Translations under genes and position numbers: made by a program
Shown here: piece after piece, positions 45,642 through 53,686 of the stretch
Numbering within the stretch: position 1 is the stretch's first letter
Layout of the letters: each line of letters begins with the position of its first letter
Notes under the pieces: generated by a model
The model's database searches: none
What the model saw: the letters and a program-made list of their open reading frames with translations, nothing else
What the model was told of the DNA's origin: nothing
Origin: Chloroflexota bacterium
Lineage (GTDB): Bacteria; Chloroflexota; Limnocylindria; Limnocylindrales; CSP1-4
DNA length: 61,668 nt
Assembly: GCA_003171255.1 (NCBI GenBank)
Contig: PMYK01000013.1
Location: 1-61,668, forward strand
Direction of reading: 5' to 3'

Positions 45642-46787
45642 ATGGAAATGGTGGTTCTCCTTCCGCGAGATTTGGAGTCCACCAGCCCTCACGACCCGAC
45701 GTGGAGCCTCGTGATTGCCGCGTTCCTCCAGGAGCGGGGTTCGCGGACGGGGAGCCGCCGGACGGTCGAGACATACGCTCGGATCCTCCGACGCTTCCTG
45801 CGAACCGTCGCCGATCCAGCTGCGGTGACCCCGCTCGACGTTCACTGTTTTGTGCACGCGGCCACTCAGGACGCCCGTCCACCTGCCCCGTCGACGATCC
45901 TGACGCGGCTCGCCGCCGTCGGCGGCTTCTTCAGCTTCGCGGTGAGGATGCGAGCCCTTGAGGCGAACCCGGCAGCCGTTGTTGGACGGCCGCTGGTTCG
46001 CGCTTCCCGACCGCGGGGTCTCACAGGGGCTGAGATCGGCCGGCTGCTCTCCGTCATCCCCGAGACGCCGGTGGGACTGCTCGACCGTGCTCTCGTCATC
46101 ACGGCGGTCCTGACCGGGCTCCGTCGGACCGAACTCGTGAGTCTGCGGCTCGCCGGGACGGCGGACCGAGACCGTGTCTTCTGTGAGGTCAGGACGAAGG
46201 GCGGGGCTGTACGCCGATGCCAGCTCCCAGATCCCGCATGGAAGGCGATCGTCGCAGCGGCCGAGGCGCGCGGTGTTCCGATCCCGAGCGAAGGCGAGCG
46301 TCCCTTTTCGGTTTCGGACAGCACCTGGTATGCCCACCTCCGGCGCTATGCGGCAGTCGCCGGCTTGGCAGGCGTGTCGCCGCACGTCCTTCGGCACACC
46401 GCGGCCAAGTTGCGGAGAGAGGGCGGGGCCAGCATCGAGGCGGTCTGCGGGCTGCTCGGTCATCGCTCGATCGCCACGACGGCGATCTACTTGCGTCGCC
46501 TCGAGGATGAGGCGGACGACGGTTGGCAGGGCGTGGCGCAGACGTTGGGCCTCGGGAGCGCCCTGGGAGGGCCCACACCCGAAGGGGGCAACAGAACGTC
46601 GGCCGGGCCGCACTTGCGGTCGCGGCCGGAACAAGTAGCACGACGAGGCGGCTGCGCAAACAGCCGCCTCGCCATTTGGAGAGGAGCGCAAGCAAGTGCA
46701 CCCCATCCCCGGTCAGATCGTACCGCCGCCCGTCGGCGACACTGGAGGCGATTCGGCAACTGGCGCGCCAAGGCCCGTCCAGCTTGA
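45642..46787 (+). CDS. second tyrosine recombinase/integrase
   Basis: N-terminal SAM-like domain (TVETYARILRRFL), then catalytic LTGLRRTEL, HxxR (LRHTAAKL) and GH...Y (LLGHRSIATTAIYL). The last roughly 90 codons are low-complexity and overlap radC, so the true stop context is uncertain. Confidence 0.8.
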   Translation: MEMVVLLPRDLESTSPHDPTWSLVIAAFLQERGSRTGSRRTVETYARILRRFLRTVADPAAVTPLDVHCFVHAATQDARPPAPSTILTRLAAVGGFFSFAVRMRALEANPAAVVGRPLVRASRPRGLTGAEIGRLLSVIPETPVGLLDRALVITAVLTGLRRTELVSLRLAGTADRDRVFCEVRTKGGAVRRCQLPDPAWKAIVAAAEARGVPIPSEGERPFSVSDSTWYAHLRRYAAVAGLAGVSPHVLRHTAAKLRREGGASIEAVCGLLGHRSIATTAIYLRRLEDEADDGWQGVAQTLGLGSALGGPTPEGGNRTSAGPHLRSRPEQVARRGGCANSRLAIWRGAQASAPHPRSDRTAARRRHWRRFGNWRAKARPA

Positions 46788-47331
46788 TCGTGACGCCTTG
46801 GCGGTTACCGCCCGATGTCCGCATTGCCGCGGCCAACTCGAACTCTCGGCCGTCGGTACCCGCTGGCAGGCCCGTCGTCCGAGCGACGTCGCCGATCGCC
46901 TGATCGCGCAACTCGGTTCCCTCGAACGGGAGGAGCTCCACGTTCTTCTGCTTGACACCCGCTGCGGGGTCATGGCCCAGGAGCGCGTCTACCAAGGCAA
47001 CGTCTCCTCGTCGCTCGTGCGGGTTGGCGAGTTGTTCACCGCGGCCGTCCGGCGAAACGCCACGGCCATCCTGCTCGTTCACTCGCACCCCTCGGGCGAT
47101 CCCACCCCGAGCCCGGATGATCTGCGCCTTACCGCGGAGGCAGTGGCCGCGGGACGCCTGCTCGACATTGCTCTCCTTGACCACCTGATCATCGCGGGAT
47201 CGGCCTACGTCAGTCTGCGCGAGCGCGGCGTGGCGTTCGGCGATCCGGGTGACCACCATGCGCGCCCGTCTTGGCCGACCGAGTCCGCCGCGCCGGCCCG
47301 GCTGCGGCTCGAGAACGGAGGCCAGCAGTGA
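46696..47331 (+). CDS. radC: RadC-like JAB/MPN domain protein
   Basis: JAMM motif LVHSHPSGDPTPSPDD plus upstream E (EELHVLLLD). The start is uncertain. Confidence 0.8.
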   Translation: MHPIPGQIVPPPVGDTGGDSATGAPRPVQLDRDALAVTARCPHCRGQLELSAVGTRWQARRPSDVADRLIAQLGSLEREELHVLLLDTRCGVMAQERVYQGNVSSSLVRVGELFTAAVRRNATAILLVHSHPSGDPTPSPDDLRLTAEAVAAGRLLDIALLDHLIIAGSAYVSLRERGVAFGDPGDHHARPSWPTESAAPARLRLENGGQQ

Positions 47332-47921
47332 GCGCGTACTACAAGATGACGACGGTCCATGGCTACCAACTCGACGAGGTCGTTTCGAGTGTCCAGAAGC
47401 TGATCCGCCGCGGGATGGCGGACGAGGCGATCTGGTTCGCTATCGAGATGAACGAGTCGGGGTTCGGTGCCTACTGCTGGCGTCGTCTCCTGATCATCGT
47501 CAGTGAGGACGTCGGGATCGGCGACCCGATGGCCGCACCGATCGTCTGTTCGCTCTGGCAGATGTCGATCGAAATCTGGAAGCACGACAAGGCCAACGCC
47601 GCCGACAAGGAGCGGGTCAAGTGGAACGGGGACGCGCTGCTCGAGGCGGTCTGGTACCTGGCCCACGCGGCCAAGAGCCGCGAGATGGTCGATGCGTACG
47701 CGGTCATCGAGCAGCGGGTGGCCAAGGGTGAGCGAATGACCATTCCAGATTTTGCTCGGGACCAACACACGGCCAGCGGCCGAGCCATGGGCCGCGGCAT
47801 CGACCACTTCAACGAGGAGGGCGACAAGCTCGAACCGTTGGCTGAGATCGACGGCAACAAGTGGTGCCAGGCATGGGAGGCCGAGCGGCCGACCGCCAAG
47901 GACGCGGCTCCTAGCGCATGA
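47328..47921 (+). CDS. hypothetical protein resembling the MgsA/RarA C-terminal helical domain
   Basis: AIWFAIEMNESGFGAYCWRRLLIIVSEDVGIGDP resembles the MgsA_C segment. GTG 47328 overlaps the radC stop, with GGAGG 6 nt upstream. Confidence 0.5.
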   Translation: MSAYYKMTTVHGYQLDEVVSSVQKLIRRGMADEAIWFAIEMNESGFGAYCWRRLLIIVSEDVGIGDPMAAPIVCSLWQMSIEIWKHDKANAADKERVKWNGDALLEAVWYLAHAAKSREMVDAYAVIEQRVAKGERMTIPDFARDQHTASGRAMGRGIDHFNEEGDKLEPLAEIDGNKWCQAWEAERPTAKDAAPSA

Positions 47922-48033
47922 GCCGCTGGCGGCATCGCGGGATGGTCCGCTCGACCAACAGGATCTACTCGACCGACTCGGCGCTGGCCCCGAGCGATTG
48001 CGGGTCAGGGCCAGCTACGAGGAGGCTATTGAA

Positions 48034-48411
48034 ATGGCATGGGCAACTTTGACTGTCGACGGGACGATGGAGTTCCACGACGGTATCCCAGGGCTGCAGG
48101 AGTTGCAGCAAGTCGTCGGCGGCTACGTTGACGCAATCGAATGCTCGATCGCTGGTTCGCCGGCCACTGCTTGGATCAACGAAGAAGGCAAACTGGTCAG
48201 TGACCCCGAGCGCAACTGGAAGGTCGACGTGATCTGCCCGTTGGCCGGGGACTGGATCGCCGGCAACGTGGCCTTCACCGGCGGCGTAGGTCCGGAAGGA
48301 GAGACGCTGGGGCTCGGCGACGCCCAAGTGGCTGAACTGCGGCGCATCGACCGTGACGTTCACGTGATCCTGCTCGACCAGGACAGCTCGATCGGCGCGG
48401 TGATCCGATGA
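48034..48411 (+). CDS. DUF3846-like protein
   Basis: ATG 48034 preceded by GAGGAGG. The pattern GTMEFHDG...LQELQQVVGGYVDAI...AWINEEGKL is typical of DUF3846 proteins on mobile elements. Confidence 0.5.
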   Translation: MAWATLTVDGTMEFHDGIPGLQELQQVVGGYVDAIECSIAGSPATAWINEEGKLVSDPERNWKVDVICPLAGDWIAGNVAFTGGVGPEGETLGLGDAQVAELRRIDRDVHVILLDQDSSIGAVIR

Positions 48412-48791
48412 ACAGGGTGATCGTCTCGGGACGGATGACCAACGACCCGGAGCTCCGCTATCTGGCGAGCGGTGCCGGAGTCGCCACGTTCATCGTGGCA
48501 ACCAACGAACGCCGCGATGAGTCGGCTCCACTGCCAATAGAGCGCCAGGAACATGTCCCTGTGGTCGCCTGGGACCGTCTCGGGATCGTCTGCGGTGAGG
48601 TGCTCGCGAAGGGCGCGCAAGTCCTGATCGAGGGTCGGCTCCAGACGCGCCAATGGGACGATGATCGCGGGAGCAGACACTGGAAGACTGAGGTGGTCGC
48701 CACCTCCGTCGAGGTACTGTCGAGTCCCGCCAGGCGGCGCCAGTTCGACAAGGCGCTGGAGACCGAGGCCGCCAAGGGTCGAGCGGAGTAG
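48408..48791 (+). CDS. ssb: single-stranded DNA-binding protein (no acidic C-terminal tip)
   Basis: OB-fold start MNRVIVSGRMTNDPELRYLASGAGVATFIVATN...VVAWDRLG...GAQVLIEGRLQTRQWDD. The C-terminus lacks a DDDIPF-like tail. Confidence 0.8.
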   Translation: MNRVIVSGRMTNDPELRYLASGAGVATFIVATNERRDESAPLPIERQEHVPVVAWDRLGIVCGEVLAKGAQVLIEGRLQTRQWDDDRGSRHWKTEVVATSVEVLSSPARRRQFDKALETEAAKGRAE

Positions 48792-48853
48792 AGCTCCGAA
48801 CATTCCGCACGGAATAGTCGCGAGCGCCGCCGCATCGTAGTTCGAGGTGACTG

Positions 48854-49138
48854 ATGCCTAGCCTGACCCTCAACTGCCCGTCCTGCGGCCACCACCTGGT
48901 CGCCGCCGACTTGGTCGGCTGGCTCGCCGTGTCCGAGACGCCCACGCCCGAGCCGGGGAAGTCAGAGCCACTCCTGATGTCCCCCGATGCCGCCGCGGCG
49001 GCCATCGGGCTGTCGCGCTCGACCCTGTATCGGCTGATCCGCACCGGCCAGATCCAGGTGGTGCGCCCTGGCCGTGAAGTCCGCGTCTCGCGCCGGGCGC
49101 TGGAGCGGTATGTCAGCGAGCATGAAGGCATCGGCTAA
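48854..49138 (+). CDS. excisionase-family HTH (MerR-like) with an N-terminal CxxC
   Basis: AAAIGLSRSTLYRLIRTGQIQVVRPGREVRVSRRALERYV. Confidence 0.7.
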   Translation: MPSLTLNCPSCGHHLVAADLVGWLAVSETPTPEPGKSEPLLMSPDAAAAAIGLSRSTLYRLIRTGQIQVVRPGREVRVSRRALERYVSEHEGIG

Positions 49139-49152
49139 GCACGAGGTGACAC

Positions 49153-49440
49153 ATGGCGAACCTGGCGATCCGCTGCCCGAACTGCGGGCACGCCCTCCTG
49201 AACATCGACGAGCCGTCGAGGCCGGCGCCGTTGCCCGCCCCGGCGCACACGGCCCAGGGCGTCATGGCCCCGCCGTTTGTCACGCCGATGCAGGCCGCGG
49301 AGCTACTCAGCGTCGGAAAGAACACGATCTACGGCCTCATCGCCGGCGGCGAGATCGGCGTCGTGAGACTTGGCAGGCTCATCCGCATTCCCCGCGAGGA
49401 ACTGGAACGCTTAGCGGCCAGAACGGAAACCCGCCCGTAG
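49153..49440 (+). CDS. excisionase-family HTH, paralog, with an N-terminal CxxC
   Basis: AAELLSVGKNTIYGLIAGGEIGVVRLGRLIRIPREELERL. The N-terminus CPNCGH parallels CPSCGH of the neighbouring gene. Confidence 0.7.
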   Translation: MANLAIRCPNCGHALLNIDEPSRPAPLPAPAHTAQGVMAPPFVTPMQAAELLSVGKNTIYGLIAGGEIGVVRLGRLIRIPREELERLAARTETRP

Positions 49441-49457
49441 TCCGCCGGGGTCGATCG

Positions 49458-49895
49458 GTGAGCGAAGCGGACGCCTCTAGACCGGAACCCTGGTGGATGG
49501 ATCAGCCACCGACCGTCACCGACCCATGGTGCAAGCGCACGGTGGTCTGGGTGCCGCCACCGATTGAGGATCGGATCAAACGTCAGCAAGCGTGCTTCCT
49601 GGTGGGAGGCGTCCCGTCGTCGGTACCGACAAGGAAGGTGCGTGGTGCCGGCTGGAGCTTGGATCTGACGGCGAGGCAGGTCCGCGAGTGCATATCCATT
49701 CCGTTCACGCTCGTCGAGTACCAGCACGTTGGGCCGGCACCGATCGGAAGGCTGCCTCAGTATTCAGCCTTCATCATCCGCGTGGCAAACCGAGGCACCA
49801 TTCGCAAGGAACTGGAGCGCGTCTACGGGCTCTCAATGCGCACTCTGTTTGCCGACCCGGGGGGTCTTGCGGACTACGGAGAGGCGTTCAGGTAG
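49458..49895 (+). CDS. hypothetical protein, possibly a C-terminal fragment of an FRG-domain protein
   Basis: EDRIKRQQACFLVGG resembles the R-I-x-x-Q-x-G-x-F signature near the end of FRG domains. The expected N-terminal part is absent. The start is uncertain (GTG 49458 or ATG 49497). Confidence 0.3.
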   Translation: MSEADASRPEPWWMDQPPTVTDPWCKRTVVWVPPPIEDRIKRQQACFLVGGVPSSVPTRKVRGAGWSLDLTARQVRECISIPFTLVEYQHVGPAPIGRLPQYSAFIIRVANRGTIRKELERVYGLSMRTLFADPGGLADYGEAFR

Positions 49896-50007
49896 TCTCC
49901 GCCTCAGTGGCCGTACTTCGGGTAGACGGGGCGGTAATCACGACACGATAACTGGACACAAAATGCTTGCCCTCCCACGAGGGATGCCACTACGCACAGC
50001 CGCTGTG

Positions 50008-50055
50008 GCCTTCTAAGCGGTAGGTCGTCGGTTCGAGTCCGACCGGGGACGCCAA
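50008..50055 (+). repeat. attR: 48-bp direct repeat (duplicated 3-prime part of tRNA-Arg)
   Basis: Exact copy of 15006-15053. The upstream tRNA 5-prime half is absent here. Confidence 0.9.
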
Positions 50056-50068
50056 CTCCCGTCCTCGC

Positions 50069-50725
50069 CTAGTAGGGCCGCCGGCCCCCCGAGCCGTCGA
50101 AGACCCAGGCGTGGCCCTCGGTCAGGGTGATTTCGGCGCCCTCCACTTGAAGCAGCGCGTCGTCCTCGAGCGCGAGCACGGGTGTCGCCTGGAAGTGGCG
50201 ATATTCAGCCAGGGTATCGTCGCGCTCGGCCCGCGCTTCATCGACCGGGTAGTGAACGTTGACGCTGAAGGGGAGGAGCCCGAGGCCGGCGAAGTCACGA
50301 CAGCCGCAGGGGTTGGCGTCGTTCGAGTTGAGAATATCGAGGCCGCATAGAACGGCCCCGGCGCTGAACCCGACGTACGGCAGGCCGTCGCGCACTCGGT
50401 TCGCGATCTCGACCATGAGTCCTGCTCTCTGGAGCCGGTCCGCGAGCACGAAAGTGTTGCCGCCGGGGACGTAGAGCAGCGCGATCCGGTCGAGCGTCCG
50501 CAGCATCGAGTCCCGGCTGGCCGCCAGCGCGTCGATCAGCTCGATCGACGCGATGCCCTCGAATGCGGCACGGTTCAGCTCCAGGTGGTTGTCACCGATC
50601 GCCGCCGCGGGCAGATATCCGACGCATGGTTCCGCCACCCCGGCCATGAGGTCACGGCTTGCGGCGAGCAGCCTCGACAGGCGGTCACCAGGCATCGACA
50701 TCAGCTCGAGTCGCATCTTGCTCAT
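50069..50725 (-). CDS. peptidase S51 (dipeptidase E / cyanophycinase-like) family protein
   Basis: LLYVPGGNTFVLADRLQRAGL and the nucleophile segment PYVGFSAGAV. Confidence 0.65.
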   Translation of the reverse strand: MSKMRLELMSMPGDRLSRLLAASRDLMAGVAEPCVGYLPAAAIGDNHLELNRAAFEGIASIELIDALAASRDSMLRTLDRIALLYVPGGNTFVLADRLQRAGLMVEIANRVRDGLPYVGFSAGAVLCGLDILNSNDANPCGCRDFAGLGLLPFSVNVHYPVDEARAERDDTLAEYRHFQATPVLALEDDALLQVEGAEITLTEGHAWVFDGSGGRRPY

Positions 50726-51741
50726 CGGTCGCTCTGCACGTTAGCCGCGAACTCCAGCGCCGCCTCGATGGCGTCCCGCTGCCGATCCGGGCCCGTCCCG
50801 TACCAGGGCACGCCGAGGACGACGCGGTCGGCCACGCTCGCCCATGCCCGGAGGCGGTCGGGGGCTTCGTCGGGACGGCCGGCGATGGCGATCGAGTCGA
50901 GCAGTTCGTCGTCGATCAGATCGGCCATGCGGTCGTGGTCGCGGTTCACGAAGGCGCGCCGCAGATCGCGCGGCAGGGACGCGCGGTCGTGGAGTTCCAG
51001 GATGGACTTGTACGAGGGCGTCGTGGCGTAGAAGGCGATCTGGAGCCGGGCGGCTCGTCTGGCCGCGGCGGCATCGTCGCCGATCGAGACGAGCGCCATG
51101 GCCGTGATCGGGCACGAGCCGTCGGTCCGGCCGGCACGCGCAAGACCCGCGCCGATCTCCGGCATGACCATCTCGTGAAGGTAGCGCGGCGACGCGAGCG
51201 GATGGCCCAGCAGCCCGTCGGCGACTTCACCGCAGACGCGCGACATAACCGGCCCGACGGCCGCGACGAGGATCGGGGTGTCGCGGCGGTCCGGGCGCAG
51301 CGGGCCGTGGAACGTCGGCATCGTGATCCTGTAGCTCTCACCCTCGTGCACGACCGGCTCGCCGCGGTTGGCCGCCCAGACGGTTCGAACCGCCCGAACG
51401 TACTCGCGCATCTGCGGCGCGGGCTTCTCGACCCGGACCGAGAATCGGGCCTCGAGTACGCGCTTGACCTGGGGGCCGAGGCCGAGCTGGAATCGATCGC
51501 CGGACAGCTCGTCGAGATCCCAGGCGGTCATCGCCGTCACGGTGGGGGACCGGGGAAAGGCCAGGGCGACGGCAGTCCCGACGGCGATGCGCGACGTGGC
51601 CGAAATGGCGGCGGCGGCCTGGACGAAGGCGGTCCTGTCGAGCTCCGCGAGCCACACGGATTCGAGCCCTGCCGCCTCGGCCCGAGCGGCGAGCATGGCA
51701 ACTTCGTTCAGATTCCCGCCGATTGCGAGCCCTACTTTCAT
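50722..51741 (-). CDS. LLM-class (luciferase-like, probably F420-dependent) oxidoreductase
   Basis: MKVGLAIGG...AEAAGLESVWLAELD...IAVGTAVALAFPRSP pattern. The stop overlaps the downstream gene by 4 nt. Confidence 0.75.
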   Translation of the reverse strand: MKVGLAIGGNLNEVAMLAARAEAAGLESVWLAELDRTAFVQAAAAISATSRIAVGTAVALAFPRSPTVTAMTAWDLDELSGDRFQLGLGPQVKRVLEARFSVRVEKPAPQMREYVRAVRTVWAANRGEPVVHEGESYRITMPTFHGPLRPDRRDTPILVAAVGPVMSRVCGEVADGLLGHPLASPRYLHEMVMPEIGAGLARAGRTDGSCPITAMALVSIGDDAAAARRAARLQIAFYATTPSYKSILELHDRASLPRDLRRAFVNRDHDRMADLIDDELLDSIAIAGRPDEAPDRLRAWASVADRVVLGVPWYGTGPDRQRDAIEAALEFAANVQSDR

Positions 51742-51876
51742 GGCAGCGACTCTAGCGGCTCGAAAGCCTGGCCGTAGCCGTCAGCGCCGCGTCGACGCAC
51801 CAGCCTTACGTGGGGAATGACATCGCTCCGATCAGGGTGGGAAGGATCGGCGAGGTCGCGGTGACGATCGCCACGC

Positions 51877-53322
51877 CTACCCCGCGCCCGACAGCACCAT
51901 GATGCGCAGCTCGGTCATGTCCTCGATCGCGTAGCGAACGCCCTCGCGACCCAGCCCGGAATCCTTTGAGCCGCCGTAGGGCATGTGGTCGATCCGGTAT
52001 GTCGGCACGTCGTTGACGATCACGCCGCCGACCTCGAGCTCCTCGAAGGCGGACCAGGCGTGGGCCAGGTCGTTGGTGAAGACTCCCGCCTGCAGACCGT
52101 ATCGGCTGTCGTTGACGGCTCGAATCGCGGCGCCGAAGTCCTCGAACGGGAAGGCCACCACGACCGGCGCGAAGGCCTCGTCGCGGCAGACCCGGGCGTC
52201 CGGCGGAGTGTCGACCAGGACCGTCGGCGCGAAGTACGAGCCTTCGGCCGTGCCGCCGGTGAGGATCCGGCCGCCCATCGAGAGCGCCTCTTCAACCCAT
52301 ACCCGCGCTCGCTCGGCTGCCCCGGCATCCACCATCGGCCCGATGTCGGTCGTGGGATCGAGCGGGTCGCCCAGGCTCAACTTCCGCGCGCCCTCGACGA
52401 AAAGGCGCATGAACTCGTCCCAGAGCTCGTGGTGTACGAACAGCCGCTGGACGCTGATACAGACCTGGCCGGCATAGCTGAAGGCACCCAACAGCGTGCG
52501 TCCAACGGCCCAATCGATGTCCGCCGATCGGTCGACGATGACGCCGGCATTGCCGCCGAGCTCCAGCACTACCTTCTTCTTGCCGGCTCGCTCCCTCATC
52601 GTCCAGCCGACCGATGGGCTGCCGGTGAATGTGAGCAGCTTGAACCGATCGTCGCCCACCATCCGGTCGCCGATCGCGCGCGTCATCGGCAGAATGCTGA
52701 CCGAGCCTTCGGGGAGTCCCGCATCGGACACGATCTCGGCCACCCTCAACATCGTCAGCGGGCACTTGGAGGGCGGCTTGAGGACGATCGGATTGCCCGC
52801 TGCGATCGCCGGCGCGAGCTTGTGCGCGGCCAGGTTGAGCGGGAAGTTGAAGGGACTGATGGCCGCGATCGGGCCGATCGGGAAGCGGCGGGTGATGCCG
52901 GTCCGGCCTCGCGAGGCGGGGTTCAGGTCGAGCGGAATGACCTCGCCGCCGATGCGCTCCGCCTCCTCGGCCCCGATCCGGAACACCAGCACGGCGCGGT
53001 CAACTTCGGTCAGCGAATCGCGGATCGGTTTGCCGGACTCGGTGGCGATGAGCCGGCCGATCTCCTCGCGCTGCTCGGCGATGCCGGCGCTGATCCTGCG
53101 GAGGGCGGCGCCTCTCTGGTAGGCCGGCAGCTTGCGGGTCTTCTCGAACGCGTGGACGGCCGCGGCCACGGCCTGCTCGTATTGCTCGGGAGTGGCGTAG
53201 TAGGTGGCGCCCGCGGGCTCGTCGGGGCGGGCCGGGTTCGTGACGATCAGCATGTCCGGCGATTCGACCCAGCGGCCGGCGAGGTAGATGGGGTGGGGGA
53301 CTGTGGAGGACGAAACGGCCAC
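51877..53322 (-). CDS. NAD(P)-dependent aldehyde dehydrogenase
   Basis: ELGGNAG (catalytic Glu), GQVCISVQR (catalytic Cys) and FTGSPSVG. GTG 53322 (GGAG 9 nt upstream) gives 481 aa. The ORF track start at 53562 adds a low-complexity extension overlapping another ORF. Confidence 0.85.
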   Translation of the reverse strand: MAVSSSTVPHPIYLAGRWVESPDMLIVTNPARPDEPAGATYYATPEQYEQAVAAAVHAFEKTRKLPAYQRGAALRRISAGIAEQREEIGRLIATESGKPIRDSLTEVDRAVLVFRIGAEEAERIGGEVIPLDLNPASRGRTGITRRFPIGPIAAISPFNFPLNLAAHKLAPAIAAGNPIVLKPPSKCPLTMLRVAEIVSDAGLPEGSVSILPMTRAIGDRMVGDDRFKLLTFTGSPSVGWTMRERAGKKKVVLELGGNAGVIVDRSADIDWAVGRTLLGAFSYAGQVCISVQRLFVHHELWDEFMRLFVEGARKLSLGDPLDPTTDIGPMVDAGAAERARVWVEEALSMGGRILTGGTAEGSYFAPTVLVDTPPDARVCRDEAFAPVVVAFPFEDFGAAIRAVNDSRYGLQAGVFTNDLAHAWSAFEELEVGGVIVNDVPTYRIDHMPYGGSKDSGLGREGVRYAIEDMTELRIMVLSGAG

Positions 53323-53353
53323 GGTCAGCGGCTCCGGTGTTGGGGGCGCGTGC

Positions 53354-53575
53354 TCAGGCGGTGGCGCCGCACTTGGGGCAGAGGAGTCGACTGACGGTGC
53401 AGTCGAGCCCGCAGCTGCCGCCTCGGGCGCAGGTATCGCACTTTGGGTTGTTGTGCTCGGCGATGGCCAGCTCGCCGCAGCGGTCGTACCAGATTCCCTT
53501 GCCTCTTCGCCGCAGGCGCTCTCCATCGCCTTCCATGAGACGAAATGAACCGCGGAACTCAACGACAGTACTCAC
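53354..53575 (-). CDS. small Cys-rich hypothetical protein
   Basis: GC3 bias is good from ATG 53536 onward (MEGDGERL...). It has 7 Cys, including CDTC and CPKC pairs. The start is uncertain (53575 or 53536). Confidence 0.35.
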   Translation of the reverse strand: MSTVVEFRGSFRLMEGDGERLRRRGKGIWYDRCGELAIAEHNNPKCDTCARGGSCGLDCTVSRLLCPKCGATA

Positions 53576-53686
53576 GCCCGAGACGATACAGCCTGGCGCC
53601 GCGAGGGGTTGCGCGGCTTGACATCAGCGCCGAGCGGTAGAGACAGACTCGGGACGGCCGCGAGCGGCCGCGTTGACCGGCAGCGG

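Larger units (their letters stand above)
15006..50055. mobile_element. roughly 35 kb tRNA-Arg-integrated genomic (defence) island, possibly composite
   Basis: Bounded by a 48-bp direct repeat. An integrase lies 76 nt from attL. A second integrase with Xis-like genes lies near attR. The cargo is mostly restriction and abortive-infection genes. Confidence 0.85.
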
